Assembly: GCA_019058315.1 (NCBI GenBank)
Contig: JAHPZH010000003.1
Span: forward strand, 588,451-652,450
Source of the DNA: Candidatus Helarchaeota archaeon
Lineage (GTDB): Archaea; Asgardarchaeota; Lokiarchaeia; Helarchaeales; RDOG01
DNA: 64,000 nucleotides
Direction of reading: 5' to 3'
Shown: positions 50,967 to 60,167 of the stretch, one piece after another
How positions within the stretch are numbered: the stretch's first letter is position 1
Layout: every line of letters starts with the position of its first letter
The notes under the pieces: generated by a model
Told to the model about the DNA's origin: nothing
Database searches by the model: none
What the model saw: the letters and a program-made list of their open reading frames with translations, nothing else
Made by a program: the position numbers and the translations under genes

Positions 50967-51045
50967 AAAGGGTGAATCTCACCCTTTTAAAATGAGAACC
51001 TTTGTCTAAGGGGGATGCAAAATGATCTCAAAGGGTGAGATTCAA
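50967..51045. repeat. Inverted-repeat element
   Basis: TGAATCTCACCCTTT ... AAAGGGTGAGATTCA; related copy at 52612-52692. Confidence 0.6.
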
Positions 51046-51265
51046 TATTTAATAATACAATATTTAACCCGATCAATCCATTATTGGTTGTTTTTTATAT
51101 TATTGATCACAATATTTAAAATTAATGTTCAGCTACGACAAATTTTAGGTTATGTTTGGTTCATAATTGAAAAATTTGTAGATTTATAGAGAGGTATTTG
51201 GATTTTTAAATTGACTAACTAGGTCTTTTATGAAGCACTAATGTTAGAAAATACCATAACATAAT

Positions 51266-51368
51266 ACAAGGAGTATAAATATTATTTTAAAAATAAAGTG
51301 GTGGTTTTATGTCGATATTATTTGTCTTTAAAAATAAGTTTAGATATCATGAGAACTTTAGGGAGTAA
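51266..51368 (+). pseudogene. Collapsed remnant of radA-end / recJ start and end
   Basis: 51266-51313 aligns with 44221-44267; 51316-51368 resembles 45696-45752. Confidence 0.55.
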
Positions 51369-51374
51369 ATAATA

Positions 51375-52091
51375 ATGGATTATATAAAAGTTCAGGGCTT
51401 AAAGTCCGATTCCAAAGGTTTTAACATTAAAGTTAAGGTATTAGAAAAGGTTTCTGATAGGATAGTAACTATTAAAAAGACGAATATGCAGAATAGGGTT
51501 GCAAATTTTCTTGTTGGAGATGAGACTGGTCAGATAACTTTGAATGTATGGGGAGATGAAATTGACAAAATTCCTATTAATGGAATTATTTCAATTCAAA
51601 AAAGCTATGTAAATGAATTCAACAATAAATTATTCATTAATATTGGAAAATACAGTAGTTGGGCCGAATCTAATGGAGAGATTAGTGTTAAAGAAACACC
51701 CCAACCTCCGAACGAATCAAAAAATAATTCGAATATTAAAATTTGTAGTGTTCCTACAAAAAAGAAAGGAATTAACTTAGATAAAGTCAAAGTATTAGAA
51801 ATTTCAAATATAAGACAAGTGAAAGTAAAAAAGGATGGTTCTGAGCATGAAGTCGCGGATGCTTTACTAGGAGACGACACCGGCTGTATAAAATGTGCTT
51901 TATGGGACGAAGATATTCGAAAAATTAAAGAGGATATGATCTTACGGATTCATAATGCTTATATAACAGAATATCGTGAAATTCCACAACTGAATTTAAG
52001 CAAGTTTAGCAAATACGAAATTCTACCACCAGAAGATCTTGATATAGACTTAGAAAATAACCTATCACTTCAAGAAGAAGCTCAGACATAA
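51375..52091 (+). CDS. rpa: RPA/SSB with two OB folds (paralog of 45759..46472)
   Basis: Collinear, visibly highly similar, same AQT C-terminus. Confidence 0.88.
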   Translation: MDYIKVQGLKSDSKGFNIKVKVLEKVSDRIVTIKKTNMQNRVANFLVGDETGQITLNVWGDEIDKIPINGIISIQKSYVNEFNNKLFINIGKYSSWAESNGEISVKETPQPPNESKNNSNIKICSVPTKKKGINLDKVKVLEISNIRQVKVKKDGSEHEVADALLGDDTGCIKCALWDEDIRKIKEDMILRIHNAYITEYREIPQLNLSKFSKYEILPPEDLDIDLENNLSLQEEAQT

Positions 52092-52120
52092 TTTATATTG
52101 GTGCTTTATTATTTCTAATT

Positions 52121-52591
52121 ATGACTAGCAAATTAATTATTGAGCGGATTTCAGAGAGTAATTTTGACGATTTCATTTATTTAATTGAGAAATTAGCCGA
52201 ATACGAAAAACTTGACCCCCCTGATGCTCAAGCTAAAATAAGACTAAAGAGAGACGGGTTGTCTGAAGATCCCAAATATGAAGCTTATTTAGGCTTTTTG
52301 AATGGAAAGCCTATAGGTTATATAATCTTCTTTTTTACTTATTCATCCTTTCTCGCCCTGCCAACTCTCTATTTAGAAGATATTTTTATTCTAAAGGACT
52401 ACAGAAGAGAAGGTTTTGGACAGAAAATGTTTAATTTTTGTGTTAAACAAGCGCAAATAAGAGGATGCGGAAGGATGGAGTGGTGTGTTTTAACTTGGAA
52501 TGAACCTGCAATTAAATTTTATGAAAAAATTGGTGCATCACGTTTAAATTGGTATTTTTATAGATTAACTAAAGATGAATTCATAAAATAA
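52121..52591 (+). CDS. GNAT acetyltransferase (SSAT-like)
   Basis: LAEYEK, YSSF, LYLEDIF..YRREGFG, VLTWNEPAIKFY. Confidence 0.9.
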   Translation: MTSKLIIERISESNFDDFIYLIEKLAEYEKLDPPDAQAKIRLKRDGLSEDPKYEAYLGFLNGKPIGYIIFFFTYSSFLALPTLYLEDIFILKDYRREGFGQKMFNFCVKQAQIRGCGRMEWCVLTWNEPAIKFYEKIGASRLNWYFYRLTKDEFIK

Positions 52592-52611
52592 AACAACGTT
52601 TAATTATTAAA

Positions 52612-52692
52612 TAAGGGTGAACCTCACCCCCGCTAAAAAGGGGAATGTAGGGAGGAGGGGGTTAAAAAGTAGATTGCGGGGGCAAGGTTCAT
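52612..52692. repeat. Inverted-repeat element
   Basis: TGAACCTCACCCCCGC ... GCGGGGGCAAGGTTCA. Confidence 0.6.
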
Positions 52693-52784
52693 AGTTATAT
52701 TCCTACGGTTTCCTAATAAATACCAATTCAATTTAGTATTTAAACTTTGCTAGTACAGATATATATATTTTTTTTGTGTATTGA

Positions 52785-53687
52785 TTATACTTTAATCGAG
52801 CTTGAACTTACTTTAACCAAAGTTGAAGAACATTCAGGACATAAATAGTCGCCTTCATTTTTAACTTTGAAAAACGTATTACAATTTGTACAAGTAAGCA
52901 CAACACTTTCGATTGTAGTAGGAGTGGCAACATTCAGTAATTTGGATACATAAACAATTTGATTTTCGCACCAGTTAACACCATCCTCGAATTTAGCTTG
53001 TTTTGCCCAAAATAATGCTTCTTTGAGATATTTCAGGGTCTCATGTTTATTTCCTGCTTGGAAATATGCATTAGCTTTATTTGCAGCATCATCGTATTTT
53101 TTATATGATACTTCGGAATGAATTTGAGTTTTTTCGTATTGTATTCCTGCTTCCTTCAATTTATCTATGTATTTAGGGTCAATTACCATCTTTACAAGAG
53201 TGGTAAAAGCTGATTCTACAGACTCACCAGATTTTGCACTAGTTTCAAAATAAAGAGTATTATATTTTTTAGCAAGATCTTGAGCTTCTTCCGTAGAAAC
53301 TTGTTGATCAGGTAAATCTATTTTATTACCTATGAGAATTAGAGGAATTTGTCCAGCGTGATCATAAACTTCTTTAAACCATTTTCCAATATTATAAAAA
53401 CTTTGACGACTAGTCTTATCAAAAACTACAAAACCACTAGTACTGCCATTATAATACATTGGACGGACATAACTAAACTGTTCTTGCCCTCCAGTATCCC
53501 AAATCTGGAATTTTACACTTTGATCATCAACATTTAGAATTTTTGTGCTAAAATCCACTCCAATAGTCATTTTATAATCGTCTTTAAATTTACCTTCTGT
53601 GTAACGAATGGAAAGAGCAGTCTTTCCTACTCCACCATCTCCCACTATAATACATTTTAAAATATAATCATATTTTTGAGAACTCAT
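52785..53687 (-). CDS. Rab-like small GTPase with helical and Zn-ribbon C-terminal extension
   Basis: GDGGVGKT, TIGVDF, WDTGGQE, GNKID, ETSAK; CTNC..CPEC. Confidence 0.92.
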   Translation of the reverse strand: MSSQKYDYILKCIIVGDGGVGKTALSIRYTEGKFKDDYKMTIGVDFSTKILNVDDQSVKFQIWDTGGQEQFSYVRPMYYNGSTSGFVVFDKTSRQSFYNIGKWFKEVYDHAGQIPLILIGNKIDLPDQQVSTEEAQDLAKKYNTLYFETSAKSGESVESAFTTLVKMVIDPKYIDKLKEAGIQYEKTQIHSEVSYKKYDDAANKANAYFQAGNKHETLKYLKEALFWAKQAKFEDGVNWCENQIVYVSKLLNVATPTTIESVVLTCTNCNTFFKVKNEGDYLCPECSSTLVKVSSSSIKV

Positions 53688-53945
53688 AAAAATAATTCTC
53701 CCTATATAGTGTCGAAAAGATTTAATAATTCAATGAATTTTTCTTAATAAATTTATTTATTAGATAGTGTTTAAAACTCTATTTGTTTTTATCCGATGGG
53801 ATTTTCGCAAATTGTAATAAAAAAAATAGGTTTTTCGCAAAAATTTATTTGAGATTTCTCGATTTTGGTTATAATATCTTAATCTAGACATAGTTAAAAA
53901 AAAAATCCATTTAAAAGAAGTATAATATTTTAAAATTTAAAAGAG

Positions 53946-55427
53946 TCAAGAACCGATAATTGAAATATATTTTTTATAAGCCTCTTCCCATTCTGAAACA
54001 TTTTGAGGAGAATACGATTCAATATCAAATGAATTTCTTACAATTGTCCGAAGATCAGAAAGAGTCGAAATTTCATTCGAATAGAAACATTGAACTAATA
54101 TATTACCGATAGATGTTGATTCAGAAGGTCCAGCCTTTACTTCTAAATTTGTAGCATTGGCAGCAAATTGATTTAAGAGTTTATTTTTGGATCCTCCTCC
54201 AAAGATATGGAATTTATTGATAGATTTCTTTGTAATTTCTTTTAATTTTATGTATACTTCTTTATATTTACACGCTAATGACTCGAGAATACATCTTGTA
54301 ATTTCGCCAATACTATTTGGTATTTTTTGATTAGTTTTTTTGCAATATTGTTTTATCGTTTCAGGCATATTCATAGGATTTAAAAATACAGGATCCTCAG
54401 GATTAATAAAAGAGTTAAATGGTTTAGCTTTCTTGGCCTCTTTCGTCAAATAATCATATGAAAATTCCTTGCCTGATTGTTCCCAAATTCTTTTACATTC
54501 TTGAAGCAACCATAACCCTATAATATTTTTAAGGAAGCGAATAGTGTTTTTAACTCCACCTTCATTTGTAAAATTGTATTTTAATGCTATATCCGATGTA
54601 TTTGGGGCATCTAACTCTACCCCCATAAGGGCCCATGTTCCACTGCTAAGATACAAGAAATCGCTACCTTGGGCAGGAACAGCGGCTATTGCGGCAGCAG
54701 TATCGTGAGATGCAGTTGCAATAACTGGTATTTCACTCATACCTGTTTCATTCGCTATTGCTGGCAATAAATTTCCAATTTTAGTGCCTGGCTGAATAAT
54801 TTCGGGAAACATATCCAGTTCCAACCCTAATTTTTGAATTATAGTTTTTGACCAATTTTTAGCTTTTAAATCATACATTTGGGAAGTAGATGTAAGAGTA
54901 TATTCACAAAAGGCTTTTTTTGTGAATAAATAATTAAAGAAGTCTGCAATCATTAAATATTTTCTCGCTATTTTTAGAAGTGGTGATTTAGAAAGGACCA
55001 TTGAATATAATTGAACTAAACTATTGATTTGAATGAATTGTAGACCAGAAATTTGAAAAAGTTGTTTTTTTGGAATAAGCTCGGTTAATTTTTCTATAAC
55101 TCCATTTGTTCTTTTATCTCGATAATTATAGGGATTACCTACTACCATACCGTTACTATTTAATAAAACGAAATCAACTCCCCAAGAATCAATACCTATA
55201 CTATCTACATTTCCATGTTTTTGAGCAGTTTCGAAAAGCCCTTTTTTCATTTTATCAAAAAATCCTAACACATTCCAGAATAAGGAATCAAATATCCGAG
55301 TTATACCGGTTTCGAAACGATAAATTTCTTCTATTTCTAATTTTTTTTCTTTTTTAGATAAAATTCCTAATATTGCTCTACCACTCGAAGCTCCTAAATC
55401 ATATGCAAGAATTTTCTTATCAGTCAT
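53946..55427 (-). CDS. rhaB: Rhamnulokinase (FGGY family)
   Basis: DLGASSGR, GIDSWGVD, YRD.RT, ASHDTA, SSGTW, FTNEGG. Confidence 0.88.
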   Translation of the reverse strand: MTDKKILAYDLGASSGRAILGILSKKEKKLEIEEIYRFETGITRIFDSLFWNVLGFFDKMKKGLFETAQKHGNVDSIGIDSWGVDFVLLNSNGMVVGNPYNYRDKRTNGVIEKLTELIPKKQLFQISGLQFIQINSLVQLYSMVLSKSPLLKIARKYLMIADFFNYLFTKKAFCEYTLTSTSQMYDLKAKNWSKTIIQKLGLELDMFPEIIQPGTKIGNLLPAIANETGMSEIPVIATASHDTAAAIAAVPAQGSDFLYLSSGTWALMGVELDAPNTSDIALKYNFTNEGGVKNTIRFLKNIIGLWLLQECKRIWEQSGKEFSYDYLTKEAKKAKPFNSFINPEDPVFLNPMNMPETIKQYCKKTNQKIPNSIGEITRCILESLACKYKEVYIKLKEITKKSINKFHIFGGGSKNKLLNQFAANATNLEVKAGPSESTSIGNILVQCFYSNEISTLSDLRTIVRNSFDIESYSPQNVSEWEEAYKKYISIIGS

Positions 55428-55565
55428 TTTAAATCATCAAATTCCTTGGTTTATGAGATCTAAAAAATATTTTTGATAAATTTAAGTTCAATTTTTTCTT
55501 AATATTTATATTCCTCATTAATTACTTAATTTTAAATTAACAAAATGCGTAACGGGTAAAAAAAA

Positions 55566-56279
55566 TTGAAGAATACTGAATTTAAATTGGTTTTTTTTGA
55601 TTTTGATCAAACAATAATTAATTCTGGAGTAGGTTTTTCTGCTGCATATAAAAAATTAGCTGAAAAATTTGAATCAATATTAAAAATCCAAGGTTTACAG
55701 TTAGATTCAGAAGTAATCTTGAATAAAATCCTCACTAAAGACAAGGAATTTAATAAAAATAAAATTTATGATCGTGATTTATGGTGGAACCCGATTTTAA
55801 AGGAATTTAATGTGAAACAAGAATTAAGTCAAGATAAAATCAAAAGACTAACGGAGACTTATTGGAATACAGTTATTGAATACACAGAACCTTATCCAGA
55901 TACATTTGAAATTTTAGATTATTTAAAGGATAAATATAAACTAGCCCTTATATCAGATACTGATGGATTGAAAGGAATGAAAAAAATAAGGATTCAAAAA
56001 AGTAATATTGCACAATATTTCGATTATATAATTGTTCCAGGTGATGATACGAAATCAGTTAAACCAGATCCGGAACCTTTTTTACGGATTGCTAAACAGG
56101 CTAAAGTCAAACCCTCTAAAAAAGAATGTTTAATGATTGGTGATAAACCCTTTACTGACATTAAAGGAGCAAAAAACGCTGGATTTACAACAGTTTTAAT
56201 TCATCGAGCGGATTGGAATGTAGACCCAGTTCCGGATTATCTCATTAAAGAATTGAGGGAATTAAAAGAAATTCTTTAA
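55566..56279 (+). CDS. HAD-family hydrolase
   Basis: FDFDQT, KPDP, IGDKPFTDIKGA. Confidence 0.88.
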   Translation: MKNTEFKLVFFDFDQTIINSGVGFSAAYKKLAEKFESILKIQGLQLDSEVILNKILTKDKEFNKNKIYDRDLWWNPILKEFNVKQELSQDKIKRLTETYWNTVIEYTEPYPDTFEILDYLKDKYKLALISDTDGLKGMKKIRIQKSNIAQYFDYIIVPGDDTKSVKPDPEPFLRIAKQAKVKPSKKECLMIGDKPFTDIKGAKNAGFTTVLIHRADWNVDPVPDYLIKELRELKEIL

Positions 56280-56491
56280 TTTGAAGATAAAATCTATCAA
56301 ATCTAAAATGAATTTCATTTCTTTTCTTTCGGATATGGATATATTCATTCCATAAGTTAGATTTCCTAGAGATGCTATCATTTTTTTATCACCTTCATTT
56401 TCAATTTTTTTTTTTTTTTTTATTTCCTAAAATTTAACCAATTTTTTATAAAAAAGATAAAAATTTCAAATTATAATAAAAAAATTTTGGA

Positions 56492-56896
56492 TTATTCTAT
56501 ATCTACTGTACGATCAGGTTCTTTTTTTGGTAAATGAACAGTCAATATCCCTAGTTTTAATGTTGCATAAACTTTTTCTGCTACCACATTTGGTGGGAGT
56601 GGATAAAAATGTGGTTCATCATCAATTTCAATGGTTAATGTATCTGCACTTGCTTTAGCACTAATTTTATCTTTTTCAATACCTGGGACTTCAATTTGAA
56701 GTACATATTCATCTTCTTTATCTTCATAATTGTAAAATGGAAATCCCATTCTTAAACGTCTCATGATACGACCAATGGGAGATTTAAAACCAAACAAAGA
56801 CCCGAATAAATTAAATTTTGAATGGTGATGTGCCCCTAGATGGTGTGGTTCCATTGAGTCGTCCCATCTTTTAAACCATTTTCTAAATTCGCTCAT
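56492..56896 (-). CDS. Hsp20 small heat-shock protein
   Basis: EVPGIEKDKI, ATLKLGILTVHLPK. Confidence 0.85.
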   Translation of the reverse strand: MSEFRKWFKRWDDSMEPHHLGAHHHSKFNLFGSLFGFKSPIGRIMRRLRMGFPFYNYEDKEDEYVLQIEVPGIEKDKISAKASADTLTIEIDDEPHFYPLPPNVVAEKVYATLKLGILTVHLPKKEPDRTVDIE

Positions 56897-56920
56897 TTTT
56901 TTCTTTCACCTCCTTCATTT

Positions 56921-57442
56921 CTATTCAATTGGTATATTTACAAATTTCATATCTTTCTCAATTTCTTTTATTTTTTCTTGTTTCTTTTCAATAACGTGAT
57001 TAATCTTTGAAAGTTGTTCTTCAAGGTAATTTTTTCGTCTTTCTAACCTCTTAATTTCTTTTTTAAGGTGATATATTCTTCTCATATCAGTATCTTCTCT
57101 GGGAAAGTCAAAGAAGAAAAAATTTGAAAACTTTTGATGAAATTTCTCAAATCCATCAATCATGTCATCATCCACAATATTTTCTAGCTTTTTTTCTCCT
57201 TCATCAGTTAAACTGTATTTTCTTTTATAGTCATCCCCAGATTCTTCTTGAATCCAATTTCTTTTGAGAAATTTTTTAAGAATTGGATATATAGTACCTG
57301 ATTTAGCTTTGAAAGAAGTATCTCCAAACTCTTTTTTTAGTTCATTTATGATTTCGTTACCATAAAGAGGTTTTTCTTTTAAAACTCTAAGCACAAGTAA
57401 TTCAATTGGACTTATTCTATGATGTTTTCCACGATAATACAT
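56921..57442 (-). CDS. PadR-family regulator with coiled coil
   Basis: PLYGNEI, SGTIYPIL, RKYSLTDEG. Confidence 0.88.
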   Translation of the reverse strand: MYYRGKHHRISPIELLVLRVLKEKPLYGNEIINELKKEFGDTSFKAKSGTIYPILKKFLKRNWIQEESGDDYKRKYSLTDEGEKKLENIVDDDMIDGFEKFHQKFSNFFFFDFPREDTDMRRIYHLKKEIKRLERRKNYLEEQLSKINHVIEKKQEKIKEIEKDMKFVNIPIE

Positions 57443-58165
57443 ATTTTATCATTTTTTACTTTTGTAGATGTCTACATTATTATAGTAGAATTCTACTATT
57501 TAAATGTTTAGGAAAAAAGTAATTTAGAAAAAGTAATTAGATATATCAAAAAATAAAATAAACAAATTAAAATAGGGTTGAAAGGGTTTCTGTAAAAATA
57601 AGAGTAAAAAGGCGTTGTTATTAGTTAAATCCATAATTAATTATCATGATAAGGGATTTAAGCCGGCCTACCACTTTGAAGAAGGGAGGGAGGGGATAAT
57701 TATAAAGGAGAGGTAAAAAAAGCAGTTTTCAAAGAAGTAAGCCTTTTGCCATCCCATTACCATTACTTAATTATTGGATTTTTATATTTTTTTTAATAAC
57801 CTCTTTATAATAATTTTTCCTATTATAATTTCTTTGGTATTAATCTTTTTCCTCACTCTACAGAATAATTATTTATCCTTCGAGAAATTTATAATACCTC
57901 GATATAATAACCAACTTAAAAGTATATATACCTTATGAGTCCAATTATACGAAAAACCATACTTTTCTACACATGATTAGTCAAAAAAATGTGCATGTAT
58001 GCCTTTTAAATAATATAAAGAGCTTAAGTCAATTCAATTTTACTTAATTTTAATTTTTATCATTTTTTTAATTATACACTAATTAAATCAATTTTATTCG
58101 ATTACTAAGAAAAAAACTAATTAAATTCATAAGAGCGAAGATTTGTTTAAGAATTCTTTATTATT

Positions 58166-59134
58166 CTAAATTTCAGGTAGAAATATTTTATATAATTTTC
58201 TTAAAGATGGAATTCCATGGATTTCTTCTTTAAAAAACGGAATAGTAATGGGATTATACTGCTTAAATCTCTCTTGAATTATTTTTAACTCATGATCTTG
58301 AATTATTTTTTTGGCTTTACAAAATTCACAGTCAGTACTTATTGGAAAAATTTTATTAACAAGCAATTGTCCAATTGGAATCTCATAATTATTTATTTCG
58401 TTTATTAGTCGAGCGGTTTCATTAATACTTAGAGTTTCAGGGATAGTCACAACATTAAATCGAGTTGTTTTCTCATTTGATAGCAAATTCTTTGTTCTAA
58501 TAGCCCAATCTTTTATTTTTTCCATGAATTCTGCAGGATCATCAAACCCTTCTTTATCTTCTTTCTTCTTTCTCCTAAAAAAACCTGCAAGTTTTTCAGC
58601 AAAAACACCCACCTTTTGTCGTAATTGAATAAGGCGCATTGCCGTACCTTTCATGAAATCAGGAAAAGATAAAAAACGGAGAGTATGACCTGTTGGGGCA
58701 GTATCAATTATAATTAGATCAAAATCTGAATGCAGGTTAAAAGTTCTATTTAAATCAATAACACTAAATCCATCAATCATACCCGGAACTAATTCTAGTG
58801 AATCACCCAAAATAAATTTATATTCTGGATATTTATCTAGATAAGGTTGATAGTCTTTGGCAACTTGAGCAGTTTCTATTTCTTTTACAGATAGTTTAGA
58901 AATTCCATCAACTGATACTATTTGTCCACCCGTTAAATCTTGGTCAAAGATATCGCTTAAAGAATGTGCTGGGTCTGAGGATATCAATAAAGTTTTAGTT
59001 TTATGTTCTGCTGCCCAGAGTGCAGTTGCTGAAGCTAAGCTGGTCTTTCCAACACCACCTTTGCCACCAAATAATAATAGATGGCGACCATTTTCCTGTA
59101 AAAATTTTGCAATGGAGTCCATTTTATCATCCAT
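58166..59134 (-). CDS. ArsA/Get3 (TRC40)-family ATPase
   Basis: GGKGGVGKT, SDPAHS, DTAPTGHT, CEFC. Confidence 0.9.
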   Translation of the reverse strand: MDDKMDSIAKFLQENGRHLLLFGGKGGVGKTSLASATALWAAEHKTKTLLISSDPAHSLSDIFDQDLTGGQIVSVDGISKLSVKEIETAQVAKDYQPYLDKYPEYKFILGDSLELVPGMIDGFSVIDLNRTFNLHSDFDLIIIDTAPTGHTLRFLSFPDFMKGTAMRLIQLRQKVGVFAEKLAGFFRRKKKEDKEGFDDPAEFMEKIKDWAIRTKNLLSNEKTTRFNVVTIPETLSINETARLINEINNYEIPIGQLLVNKIFPISTDCEFCKAKKIIQDHELKIIQERFKQYNPITIPFFKEEIHGIPSLRKLYKIFLPEI

Positions 59135-59212
59135 TTATCTTTAAATTACTTAGTTATTAATTTCATATAAATAATTTAAAATATTCATTTAGTTTCACTA
59201 TCTATTAATAAA

Positions 59213-60067
59213 TTATTTCCATGATTCTAAAACGACTATCGTAGTTCTTTGAATCATAAACTCTCCAAGATGCTGTCTGAAAAATTTAATTCTTTTATTA
59301 AATGAAAGTTCTTCTTCAATATATCTATTAAATTTTTCATCTGTCCACCCCACATTCTTCAGGAATTGGAGGTAGAAATCCTTCGAAGACTGAATTAATT
59401 TTAAATAAGCGGATTTATTAAAGGTCTTTTCCCATAAATCAATTAATTTTTCCGTTATCTTCGTTTTTTGTTCAAAAATATATTCATACCGTTCAGAATT
59501 TAATTCAAATTTTGAAAATAAATTTTGAATATAATTGCCTTCATCTTTTATCGGGCAACCCATTTTCTCTACACCTTTTAAATATTCGCTGTAAAAATAA
59601 GAATCTTCAATTTCAATTGGAATTTTTTCAAATTTACTTTTCTCTATAACTAAAGATATGAATCTACCATCTTTCTTCTTAACCCTTATCATTTCATCTA
59701 TAGCATTTAAAGGATTTTCTAACCATTCCAATAAACCAAAGGATGTTATTACATTAAATTCGTCTCTTGGAAAATCCATAGTATAGACATCACCATATGA
59801 TAAATGGATGTTCTCGGGTTTACCCCAATGCTTTTGACCCCAATTTATTAAATTTTGGTCAATATCGATACCATAAATTTGGTAAGCATTTTTATACATT
59901 TTATAAATTAGTCGAGGTACTGTCCCAATCCCACAACCGACATCTAATATCTTTTCTTGATTTTTTAATTTAATGATTTTTTTAAAAAAATCCCTAAACT
60001 TACTATCTTTAATGTAATTTTCCCTACTTCTTTTCATTAAATCCGCAAAATTCCAATTTATTTTCAA
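59213..60067 (-). CDS. Class I SAM-dependent methyltransferase
   Basis: ILDVGCGIG, GIDID, EMIRV. Confidence 0.85.
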   Translation of the reverse strand: MKINWNFADLMKRSRENYIKDSKFRDFFKKIIKLKNQEKILDVGCGIGTVPRLIYKMYKNAYQIYGIDIDQNLINWGQKHWGKPENIHLSYGDVYTMDFPRDEFNVITSFGLLEWLENPLNAIDEMIRVKKKDGRFISLVIEKSKFEKIPIEIEDSYFYSEYLKGVEKMGCPIKDEGNYIQNLFSKFELNSERYEYIFEQKTKITEKLIDLWEKTFNKSAYLKLIQSSKDFYLQFLKNVGWTDEKFNRYIEEELSFNKRIKFFRQHLGEFMIQRTTIVVLESWK

Positions 60068-60167
60068 ATTGATACCTCTTCATTATAAAACACACTCTAT
60101 AAAGTATAAAAATTATCAAATTGCGTTTTTAACAAAATTAAAATAGAATATGTTATTTATTTACATT

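Noticed and set aside
4616-52091. Provirus or integrative conjugative element
   Set aside because: No integrase, relaxase, capsid, att repeats or tRNA target recognised in the window.
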